In this document: positions 1 through 13,136 of the stretch, in pieces
Position numbering within the stretch: position 1 is the first letter of the stretch
Layout of the letters: every line of letters starts with the position of its first letter
Assembly (NCBI GenBank): GCA_907165135.1
Contig: OU015569.1
Location: 10,788,001-10,852,000, forward strand
Reading direction: 5' to 3'
DNA from: Oikopleura dioica
Lineage: Eukaryota; Animalia; Chordata
DNA length: 64,000 bases
The notes under the pieces: model-generated
The model's input: only the letters and a program-made list of their open reading frames with translations
Database searches by the model: none
Told to the model about the DNA's origin: nothing
Translations under genes and position numbers: made by a program

Positions 1-469
1 AGCGATTCGAACAGCGAGGATTCAAGCTCGTCGCCATGAAGCTCTGCATGCCCGGCAAGGAGCACCTCGAGAAGCACTACGCTGATCTCTCCTCCAAGGT
101 AACAAGAAAGCTTTCAGCGGGTGTTAACGAAATTATAGCCATTCTTCGCCGGTTTGGTCGAGTACATGAACTCCGGCCCAATCTGCGCCATGGTCTGGGA
201 AGGCCTCAACGTCGTCAAGATGGGACGAATGATGCTTGGCGAGACCAATCCCCAGGCTTCCCTCCCTGGCTCCATCCGAGGAGACTACTCCATCCAGGTA
301 AGCTTGAGCTCTTTCGTCCCTCAACTCATCCTCTAATTCCCAGGTCGGCCGAAACATCTGCCACGGTTCCGACGCCGTCGAGTCCGCCAACCACGAAATC
401 GCCCTTTGGTTCAAGCCCGAGGAACTCATGTCCTACGACTCTTGCACCGCCAAGTGGATCTACGAATAA
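1..469 (+). CDS. NME1/2: Nucleoside diphosphate kinase, group I (5' truncated by the window edge); GT-AG introns 99-138 and 298-343
   Basis: Spliced translation [13 protein letters not shown]...HYADLSSK|[22 protein letters not shown]...[11 protein letters not shown]|[23 protein letters not shown]; catalytic His in the HGSD motif. Confidence 0.97.
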
Positions 470-729
470 CTTCGCTCAGCAAAACTATTCATGTTAATCT
501 AAACTAAAAGAGCCCGCTGCCAGCAAAAAAACTAGGAAAATACCAACAACTCCTGAACTCTAGTCCGACCTTTCTCTGTGCAATTCAGTTCGAAGCCTGT
601 CCTTCTTTTTCGTTCACCTTGTTTTTTTCGCTTGTTTCCTAAAAGAATACAAAGACAAGAATCGTAAATTTTCAACCGAGTCTTCTATGTCTCCAGCCAT
701 TTCCCGAAAGCAGGACGAAAGTTAGTAGA

Positions 730-1422
730 ATGGTTGACCCGAACGTAGCACGGTGGTTCGAGCAAGTAGATAAAACCAGAAGGGGGCGCCTAAACGCGGC
801 AGAATTGCAAGAAGCCCTCAAGAATAACAATTACAGCAGCTTTGACATAAACGTCGTCGCAGCAATGATAGGCCCGTGGCTCAGTCTGCGCTTTTTTTCA
901 GTATTTTTCCTCCTCGCGAGCCCGTGTTAGAAATGTTCGACAAAGACCGGACAAAGACAATAAATCTGAACGAGTTCAACGAGCTGTGGAAGTTTCTGGG
1001 CTCCTGGCGACAGTGCTTCGACCGGTTCGACAATGACAGATCCGGACAAATCGACGCTGGCGAACTTAGCACTGGTAATGAAAACGATAGAATTCAGCTC
1101 AGTTCTTATTTGGCTCCTTTATTCAGCTCTTCAACAGCTGGGCTATCGATTCTCGCAGCACTTTGTCCCAGTTCTCATGCAAAAGTTCGATTACAGTGGA
1201 AGAGCTTCTCATCTTCAATTCGACGGTTTCGTCATGGCTCTTATAAAAATCCAGCGTCTCACTACCGCCTTCCAGGATCGGATTCAATTTGTTCTTCCTT
1301 ATCTTTTAGTTAGCAAACATGTTTTATTGATCTTCCATAAAAAGCCATACGATCGGCAGCGAAATGGCACCGCGCAGTTCACTTACGAGCAGTTTTTGGC
1401 CACCGTCATCCAAAACACATAG
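730..1422 (+). CDS. PEF1: Penta-EF-hand protein, peflin/ALG-2 family; introns 872-930 (GC-AG), 1075-1126 (GT-AG), 1276-1344 (GA-AG)
   Basis: MVDPNVARWFEQVD, EF loops DKDRTKTINLNEF and DNDRSGQIDAGEL, C-terminus FQ|PYDRQRNGTAQFTYEQFL. The VDPxxxxWF and NxNxSSF motifs resemble peflin more than ALG-2. Confidence 0.88.
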
Positions 1423-1717
1423 AAAGCATCTATCGCTCAAGACTCCCGCAAGTCCAATTTTGAAGCAATTTTTCGCCAACTCAAAGTCCTACTCAACAAT
1501 CTCCAACTTGAGTCCTCTCAATTTACCAAAACTTCATCCTCATTCATACTTCAGGAAAATATTTTTTTTACTATTTTATGTTTTTTGTTCAATTTTACTG
1601 GAAACTTGTCGCAAAACGTTACTTGCATGTAAACCTAGTATTTAAAGAAATCCACTAAAATATTCAATGATTCTATCAAAGTTCTGATCTTATTGAACGA
1701 TTTCTTCTTCCTTTAGA

Positions 1718-2578
1718 ATGGCGACTGCGACAAAAGGAACGATTACGCTTCAGGGCTCGGCGCAGATGATTTCCGAGTTTTTGGACTTTGGAATCAACTC
1801 GATCTTGTTTCAGCGAAACATCTACCCAGGTAATGGGTTTTTTCATTATGTTGATTTAAATTCCTTCGTCTCTCATACATAAGAAATCAAAAGAAACTCA
1901 TTTTTTAGTTTTTTGAATCATTTTTTTTTTCAGAAAACGTCTTCATGCCGAAAAAACACTACGGGCTGACTGTATACATGTCGGAAGACGAGGAGCTGCG
2001 AAAATACCTCGACACTGTCCTAGCTCAAGCCAGGTCTTGGATTGAGGTAAAATCCATCATCGCTTTTCAAGAAGATTAAAAATATTTGAAGAAAGGACAG
2101 CTGCTGCAACTTGTTCTGGTCGTTTTACACGCGGATACTGAAGAGACCCTCGAGCGTTGGGCATTCGACATTGAAAAGGTTAGAAAAAAAGAATAAAAGA
2201 AGACTTAAAAATGGCTAGGGGGAAAAGTTCGAAGAAGGAACGAGCGGAAAGAAGGTCGAACTCGACCACAAGCAAATGCAAGAAGGGATGAAAGCGGTCG
2301 TAAAGCAGATCGTGTCGACAAGTAAGTATAGAACTGAAACGCCCCTTTTTTTAGCGCAAGTCTCTAAAACTTGATTTTCAGTTACATTTCTGCCGCTGAT
2401 CGAAGCTCCAGTGATGTTTGACCTCCTTTTCTACACAACACCGGGCATAGAGGTCGAAAACTGGGACCCAACGAAACCGCACATGATCAAGGGCGCCTCT
2501 GACTCGGTGAAGATTCGCTCCTGGACCTCCAAGATCCACACCATTAACACTGCTGTTACTTATAAAGCGGAGAGCTGA
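1718..2578 (+). CDS. MAD2L1: Spindle assembly checkpoint protein MAD2 (HORMA domain), multi-exon
   Basis: ITLQGSAQMISEFLDFGINSILFQRNIYP; ETLERWAFDIE; TFLPLIEAPVMFDLLFYT; C-terminal RSWTSKIHTINTAVTYK. Short GT-AG introns join these in frame. Confidence 0.95.
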
Positions 2579-2906
2579 AGCTTTCGCAACCAAATTGAAA
2601 TTTTTCAATTCCGACAATTTCCTCAATTCTGAGCTTATTAATGTTTGAAACATTCCTAAATCACCGTGCCTGACTATTATTATCACTATTGTCACTGACT
2701 TACTCACAGCCAAACTGTAACTCTAGCTATTTTTGTCTCTTATTCAATTCCAGACATGAGTGTTACATGTTCCTCGCCTTAAATAGGTCGAAAATAATCA
2801 CTTCCGTTCTGAGTTCACGACGCCTCTTATGTAAGATTTATATCTTAAATTATCGCATTACCATTGAAATCGCTGCTTATTACTTCTTATAGCTTCTTCC
2901 AGTAGA

Positions 2907-5900
2907 ATGGTGAAAATTCTACCGACGCCAGAGAAATCGCCAGCAGACAAGAAGGAGTACAGAGCCATCCAGCTCGAGAATGGTTTGACTGCGCTGCTGA
3001 TTGCCGACTTGCAAAACGAGGGCGAAGACGATGGATTAGAGAGGTACGCTATTAACGGAAATTACAAACCAATAACTTTTCTAGTGAGCCGCAGAGCCCG
3101 GAACGGGAAGAAGAAGAAGACCTGAGCTCCGATGAGCTCGAGGAAGACGAATGCGACGGTGAAGGAGACGAAGAAGAGGGCGAGGAGAAATCAAGAAAAA
3201 TGTCGGCCGCTTGTATGGTCGTCCATGCCGGAAGTTTTCACGAAAAAGTCGAGTGCCAGGGCCTAGCGCACTTCTGCGAGCACATGATTTTCATGGGCTC
3301 GAAAAAGTACCCAGACGAAAATGAGCTGGATTCGTTCCTCTCGCGCAACTCTGGCGGAACAAATGCGTACACGGAGCTCGAATACACCAACTATCATTTC
3401 GACGTGGCGCCGGATAAGTTCAGAGAAGCGCTGGATATTTGGGCGCAGTTTTTCATCGACCCGTTGATGAAGGAAGATTCTGTCGATCGCGAAGGGAAGG
3501 GCTAGAACTTATTTTCCTTATTCTTAAGATTAGATCTTTGTCCACACATGTCTAATGATGATCTTTTGATCGTAAAACAATCCCTTTGAACAGTAACCGC
3601 CGTTCATTCGGAATTCGAAATGGCAAAAACCGACGACTATTGTCGCAAGTTCCAGATCATGCAAGAGGCAGTGATGAAAAAAGGCCATCCTCAGAGCGGC
3701 TTCTTTTGGGGAAACAGAAAGAGTCTTTGGGAGGATCCCAAGAAAATTAGCAAAACAGCATATGACATGTTGCACGATTGGTATCCGAGGAATTACTCGT
3801 CGAATTTGATGAAACTCGTTATTCAGGAAAAGGTTGATTATTGAACTTATGTTGTCCAATCTTACAGTATTATCAACTATGAAAAAGAGCCCGCACTCGC
3901 TGGACGAGCAACAAAAGTGGGTCGAAGAAATATTCTCTCTTGTTCCCTCCCGCAACTTGAAAAAAGCCCTGGACGAGCCAGACTGGTCTGTCGGATCTGC
4001 ATATAAAGGACAAAATGTTTCCAAGCTTATCAAATACCACCCAGTTTCGGACTTCCACACCGTCGATATCATGTGGAGTTTGCCCCCTCAAAAGGAGTTT
4101 TACAGAGTTAAACCGCTGCACTTCTATGGCTGGTTGATTGGTCACGAGGGAAAAGGGAACGGGTAAATTCATTGTTGGATTTTAATCGGTCTAAAATGAG
4201 TGTCAATGGATTTTTAATGGGTCTGTTCACCAATTCAGTCTGTTCTAGTGAGTTTTAGTGGTAGATTTACCCTGAAAAAGGCTCGATTCTTTCATACTTG
4301 AAGCAGAAGGACTGGGCGCACGAGATCTACGCTGGAAACTCTGGCCAAGCTTGCGAAGAGAACAAGTACCATTCCGAACTGTCGATCCAATTCCGTTTGA
4401 CAGAAGCCGGACTCGAAAACTGGGAGAAAGTTGTCGCCGCTGTCTTCAGTTATCTGAAGATGCTGGAAGCTCTTTCCGAAGACGAACGACTTCGGATCTT
4501 TAATGAGATTAAGAAAATTGAGGCGATCAACTGGGCAACAAAAGAGGACAAGAAAGCGCAGCAGAATTGCATCGACGCAGCCGAGAGTATGATAAGCTTT
4601 GAGGACTCAGCCCGATGGCTTGATGGAGATGACTTGATTTTCGACTACGATTCGGCGATGCTCAAGAGCATCGTTGATCACATGAAGGCAACTAACTGCA
4701 CGGTGATCCTTAGCTCGAAGAACTTTGAAAACACCGTTGATACTGTCGAAGAATGGATGGGCGGGAAATACTGCCTCGAAGACTTATCAGAGGACACGAT
4801 CGATTCGTGGAAGAACGCTCCAGTCATGAACGAAGTCTTCTTCGTCCCCTCAAGCAACAAGTACCTGGCAGAAGACATCAAGGTGAAGGAAGACGAGCCG
4901 AGCATCGAGTGGGAACACGTGCGAAAAATTGAAGAAGCGGAAAACGCCGAGCTCTGGTTCAAAGGCGATGGTCAGTTCAAACTGCCGCGCGCGTTCATCT
5001 CCTTCATCATCCGCTCGCACCTGCCCTACGAAAACGCGAAGAACAAGGCAATGTACGAGTTCTTTCCGTTTATTCTCATCCGAACCATGGCGGAAGTCGC
5101 CTATGATGCTGAAACAGCCTTGCTGCACTACAGCATCGATCCGGATACAAGTGGACTCAACGTCAAAGTTAACGGACTTAGTGACAAACTAAGGTGACGT
5201 CCTAATCTAAAACTGTACTGGTACATGGTTCTTTTTAGCTTGCTCCTTGAAGAGTGTTTGAATCAAATCATCAACTTCGCTCCTTCGCAGAGCGAGTTCG
5301 ACTCGTTAAAAGCCCAATACATTCAAAACTTCAAAAGCGTCATCCAAAAGCCGGATGAACTGACGAAAGATTTGCGACTGTCGCTTATGCAAAGCACGAA
5401 ATTCCCCCTGATTGAAAGAAGAAAGGCCTTTGAAACAGTCACCAGAGAAGAGATGATTCAGTTTATCAAAGATTTAAGGATCCAGTCAGAGCTTTATTTT
5501 AGAATATAAGATACATTGGATAGTCTTGAAGCGCCTCTACTTAATCTTAAATTTGAGCACTGAGCCCCTCACTTTACATTACTTACTGTAACAATCAGCA
5601 ATAACTGTCGAAAGAAAGGAGTGTTTCCTGACGATGCATGTCCAAGGAAACTACTACGAGAGCGACGTCCGAAAACTCTTCAAAGAAGCCATTAATCAAT
5701 TCACAGGTATGTATAAACCTCCCTGTCTGAAGCATGTAATTGTATTTGTCCGTCGCATCAGGAAAGCCGCCGGTGTTAGAATCCCAGAAAAGGAGAAAAA
5801 GTAAGAGACGAAAAATTTCAGAAAGCAAGCCTCTTGCGCGGAGGTTCACGACGACGGTGAGGCTGCCGGAAAAGGCGACCGTTCTCAGGGTCAGAAACTG

Positions 5901-6698
5901 CAATCCGATCGACGTCAACACCAACTACATTATTTACTGGCAGATTGGCCCGATGGCAATCAAGGACTATGCACGGTAGATGTCCTAGTTCTCAATCAGC
6001 GCTGATTTTATTTTTAATTAGAAACGATTTGCTAGTGACGATCATGGAAGAACCTTGCTTCGACATTTTGCGCACGAAAAAGTGCCTCGGCTACTCGGTT
6101 TATCCGACGCTTCGGGACACTTTCGGCATTGGCGGCATCTCGATCTCCATCAGCTCGCAGCAGAACAAATTCTCTGTGAAAGAAATTCACGAGCATTGTC
6201 TCGACTTTCTCAAACAGTTTGAGGAGATTATTGGCGGCATGACAGATGAAAAATTTGAAGGTAGCGTATTTACTAAATGACTGAAACGGACCAAAAATGA
6301 AAATCTCAGAGCATCGGGCCGGGCTGATCGAAGCCAAAAGAAGCGACGACACAAAGTTGAAGCAACTTTTCAACCGTTGGAATTCGGAAATCGCCTCCAG
6401 CGAAGCCCGATTCGACAGGCTGGAGACAGAAATCGGATTCCTCGAGAAGTTCTCAAAGAACGAAATCATCGGCGCCTTCAAGAAGAATATTCTTGAGAAC
6501 AAGCGCATCTTACTCGTTGTGACCCAAGGAAACGAAGTCGACGAAAAAACGGAGACGAAAAAAGCGAATATTGAGAGCCTGGAACATGTAGCGGCGGAAG
6601 ACCTGTTCGAGGAGTACGAACAAGTTGAAAACATCGACGAGGCACGGAAGCGATTTGGCTTCTTCCCCGTTTCGCATATCAACAAAAATGAACTATAA
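2907..6698 (+). CDS. NRDC: Nardilysin-like M16A metallopeptidase, multi-exon, with at least three non-canonical introns
   Basis: N-terminal KSPADKKEYRAIQLENG, long acidic stretch (EEEEDLSSDELEEDECDGEGDEEEGEE), inverted zinc motif GLAHFCEHMIFMGSKKYP, later EEPCFDILRTKKCLGYSV. Confidence 0.93.
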
Positions 6699-7089
6699 TT
6701 TCTATTTTATCATCTGTTTCTTCAATTACCCTGTTTTTTCTATATTTCTTCGAAAGATAACATGAAATGAGATAAAGTGAAAATGTCGCATGTAAAATGT
6801 GTTGTATCTTATTCATCGCAGCGATTCAAGTTCCCGAAGCAAGAAAAGAAGCAAAACAAAGAATTTTAAACAATTTTCAACTTATCTTATGATTCAAGAT
6901 AATAGATAATTCCGGTTGAGTTTTGTGGGTCGTTTTTCTGTCACAGTTGTCAGTTGGTAAAAAAGAAATGACTGAATAATAAAAGATAGAAATGGGATTT
7001 TTAGTTTTGGTTGTTTTGAAGCTTGACGTTGGCGAAGAAAGCCTTTACTTTGTTCAGCCATATTTGGGCGGTGGAAAGCTTGAAGTGAG

Positions 7090-7982
7090 TTAATTTGTAT
7101 GTTGAAGATGAGGTACCTTTAGTTCAATCCAATGATCAGTTTCCTTGATGTAGTTTCTTTCGTACTTTTCTCCATACGGTTGGAGCGAGATGCGTATCAC
7201 ACAGCGGTGGTACATTTTATTCAGCTCCATTGTACAACGGGCTATTTCCTCTAGCCCCGTCGCGTGGATAGCGGAAGTCATCCTCTCAGTAGTACGCTGA
7301 AAGAAGCAAACTCATGAAGACTGTAGGAATAGCTTCTGATACATACATTCAGTAGATCCGCGTAAATCTCCAAGCAAAAGACATAAACGGGCCCCACATT
7401 CGCTCCGATTTCCACTACAGTTGCTTTGTGCTTATTCATTATCTCGTTGGTCACCCAGCCCTGATCATGTTTAGCAAATCCTCATGTACCCGTCTACCTG
7501 GGTGTAGATCGAAAAGGGACTGTGGTTCGTGATAAATACTTTTCCACCGTAGTAGTTGAATTCAATGTTGAGGGAGTTAACGAGCATAGAACGGAGCGAG
7601 AGTGACCTGTTTGGTAACTCGGAAATATAGAAATTCTTCTGGCAACAGGAGCCACCTGGATCGCGCTTTTACCAACGATCAGAAATAGATCATACTCTTC
7701 GCTGATTATATTTACTGAACCTGGCTTGATGCCGCTCACTAGAACGCTTCGTTCCCGGGCACAGAAGGCTTCGCCAATTTCGACATCTCGCTCGTAGAAT
7801 TGTATCGTCGACCAAGGCTCGTTATCCTCTTCTTGAGCATTCGCGTTCTTCTTCTCTTGCCTTTCCTTCTCCTTCTTTTCTTCTTCCTCCACGTACTCTT
7901 GATTTTTTAAAAGTTCGCGTTTAGCGTTAGAAATACAACAATTATCGATCTTTGTAAACAATTGATTATGATTACATGACAT
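7090..7982 (-). pseudogene. Degenerate reading frame: charged coiled-coil segment followed by an RERSVLVSGI motif; possible retroelement ORF1-like relic
   Basis: 162-aa ORF (7494-7982) continues in frame through several stop codons into protein-like sequence (QGWVTNEIMNKHKATVVEIGANVGPVYVF). Family assignment is weak. Confidence 0.3.
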
Positions 7983-9725
7983 TCACGATTTTAGGTACAA
8001 GTTCTCACGTTTTGGATCACCAGCTTTAGAATCATCTGAGCTCTCTCCAGGATTCTCCTGTAACTGACAGCCCAGGTTAATATGGCTCATCAGAGTCTTT
8101 TTCAGAAATCAAGAGGGGTTTAAAAACATTTTTCATTCAAGAGTTAAATCAAGATGTTGAATCCACATCTTGATTCAGAGGAATTTAAATGATTGAGGGA
8201 AAATTTGATTGGGATATTGAATACCTAATTTTATCTCCTCGATTTTCATAGTTTCCAATTTAAGGCTGTCGAACCTTTCCTTGACCTCGATGAGGATACA
8301 TTTCTGTTTCTCCTTAGCTAGAATCTCCTCGTTCATCAAAGTCTAAATTTTGCTGAATACAACTCTGAATTTATGTCTGAATGAGAACCGCCAACACTTT
8401 CATTTCAAAAGAAAATCGATGCCTGAGTAATACAGTAAATTTGAGCATGTTCTGTCTGCGCGACGTTAGTTCTTCCCACGCTGAGAGGCGTGCACTATAA
8501 CTTTTCTTGCAGTGCCACTTACTCTCTTTACTCTCATCATGGGACACTTGCAAATAAATACAACATGGACATAACAGTTGGATTTATCTGTAGCACAAAC
8601 AAAGACAAAGGGTTACTCCTTGTTGATCGCAATCTAGGACATCAAGATGTCTACGCAAGATTATCCGGAGTCCGTTCTCAGTAGTGAAACAAAGTCAATT
8701 ACCTGTTATTTATGACATTAGAAGAAAACAGGATGATGAGGGGATTCGTTTCTAATTTTTCAGCAAGTAGTTGAAGCAGCCACGCGCCTCTGGGGATAAT
8801 ACTAATGGAAGAATCAGGAGCGGAAGAGTTTTTCTTGCTTTCGGGAGTCTTGAGACTTTGAGATCGCGCCCGCGCTACGTCGGCAAGACTCAACGAAAAG
8901 GATAGGCCACTTTGGACTGGCCGACACTCACACTTGCCCCGTTACAATTAAAGGCGAAACTCAATAGGCTATTGCTGATCGAATCTGCGCGGGCTCTCGG
9001 ATGGCGGAATCCTCCTTTTTCTTCTTTTAAAGTTTCAGCTGCCTGCTTTTCTGCGAATGAGGCAGGCTACTCGCTTTTGGATCGCGCACGTTTCAGTACT
9101 CATTCATGCATGCACTCACCCATGTGATTACTACTAATTATCTCTGCAAGAATCATGTGATTTCCAAAATAGACAGAATCGTATCAAAATCAACCTCCTT
9201 TACAAAGAAGACAAGTTGAAGTGGAAACTCTTCATTTCATACCTTTACTTTATTATCCATAGTGTATGTTCCACTTTGTTGGGCAAGCAAAGAAAAACGC
9301 CTAGCCAACACCAACTCAGATCATGAGAAAATCAACGGTGGTGGACGTTGTTTTAATGATCCTGGATCTGGGAAGGTGTGGAGTCGTTTTGCGAGCTTTG
9401 AAAATATTTACAAAATTGAAAGTAAGACTCGAGCTTATTTTGGTATTGACCTGCCAGAGGGAAGGGGAAGGTCCTAGTCTGGTTTACCACAGAAAAGAAG
9501 AAATATTGAAAGCGATCAGTTTGGAAGATAAGAGTTGGAGAGAGCTAGGAGATGTAAACGACAATTTTTTACAAATCCGAAGGGGACAGCAAGTCGGAAG
9601 TAGAGCGAAACTAAATGTGAAATAAGGCATCAATAAATTGTTAACAATAATAGGGGGAGTAGTTTTGATATTTCTAGGCACGCGGTGGGAGCGACACGGC
9701 TTTGGAAACTGGCTTGAATTTGAAA

Positions 9726-11677
<1,952 letters not shown>

Positions 11678-11939
11678 GGCGCTAGCTATGAACTGACGAA
11701 AGGACTTCGTGCCTGTCTACTCCCAGTCTTGAAAATGAAAGAAAAACGATCAGTTTCAAAAAGAAATTTCTTGTTTTTTTGTTCTGTGTGTGTTTTTTTC
11801 TCGCAGTGTGTGCTTTCTCTCTGTATTTCGAGGCGCTTCCTTCGCTCGCCCGGGGCAACTCTGGCTCTCGCCTCGGGGAAAACAAAATTTCGCACTCGCT
11901 TGTGAGATCAGAAAGAGGAGGAAAAAGAACAGAGTTTTG

Positions 11940-12260
11940 GTACTGGGAGCGCGCGTCCTAGACTGTTGATTGCTCGAGTAGCTTTCAATGAGTTTTCTCT
12001 GGCTACACTGTACTACGACGCCGAGTTCAGCCACTCGTCTCTCTGTTTGGATTGGCTGAATGCGCCACGCATCGCCAAATGTGCGCCAAATGCGCCTCTT
12101 CGAATCACCCGCCAAAACGAACGTTGCCTCAAGGCGCGCACAGACGGCGCTAACGAGTTCCCAGAACGAGGTGAAAAATCCCTCTTCTTTGTGGGAGCAT
12201 TTTTTCTTCGCGCCGTTTTCCGTCTCAAATTGGCTCCGGCCAATCAGCGAATGGGCTCAT
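11940..12260. promoter_or_regulatory. Putative promoter region between the divergent GNAI and DEG/ENaC genes, with CCAAT boxes
   Basis: GATTGGCTGA (~12050), AATTGGCT (~12228) and CCAATCAG (~12240) lie in a CpG-rich stretch between head-to-head genes. Confidence 0.4.
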
Positions 12261-12785
12261 CCCTCCGCACACTTTGCACCACCGCCACCTTATTTACATG
12301 CATGTCTACGATCAGCCAAAATCAGCAGAAAATTTCCGATGATCAGACAGTTTCTCATCATTGCTGTTCAAATAAACAGATTTCAACAACGAGTTCCATT
12401 TAATAGCATGTTCCAATAATTTGTGAATTGGCGTTGCAAATTCTGAACATCCCTCGGCATAATTTATCCTTAGCAGGTAGCTTTGGCAAGTTTAGCGAGG
12501 CCGACAGTTTGAGCTACAGTAATACTGACACAAAGACACAAAGTGTGAGATGATCTTCCTCTGGATGCTCAAAGCGATGGCGGCAATTCAAAATATAGAA
12601 ACGTATTAGATATCAGTTGAATACTGATTTAAATCAAATGAATAAATCAAATAATTGCACACGCGTGATAATATGAAGATCTTTTCGCTTTTTCGAAGCC
12701 TCGTTATGCCAAGAGAAAAACAAGTTTCTTATAAAAACAAGTACACCGATGCCACTCCCAGTGACTATGATCAGAGTTCGTAAAT

Positions 12786-12860
12786 TACAAATTGGATAAT
12801 CCTCGATTAGGAAGTGACGAGTGAAAGTGACCTTCCCAATCGAGGATTACCCAATTTGTA
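12786..12860 (-). repeat. 75-bp inverted repeat (29-bp arms, 17-nt loop)
   Basis: TACAAATTGGATAATCCTCGATTAGGAAG ... CTTCCCAATCGAGGATTACCCAATTTGTA, two mismatches. Confidence 0.85.
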
Positions 12861-13136
12861 TTGTTAGACTCCTGGCTAGTTCAATTTCCTCGAAGATTAG
12901 TTTGGAGAGATTTTACGAACTCTTGTTTTTGACTTTCAGCGATTTCCGAAGCATTCCATTTGTTCAGCCTGTTCTGATAGATAGCGGGGTTTGATTTTTT
13001 CGCTTTGTCGAGTAGAAAAAGAGCAACTGCGGTTGGAAAACGAGTACCTGTCAGTCGCAGAGTAGCCGATAGACAAAAACCATTCCATACCTTCCATTCT
13101 GTAAGTCAGAAAGCAAAAAAAGCGAGCAAAAAGACG

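Noticed and set aside
6032-6685. 217-aa minus-strand ORF, and similar ORFs opposite NRDC, GNAI, the E2 gene and ABCB6
   Set aside because: Antisense or alternate-frame shadows of well-supported coding exons
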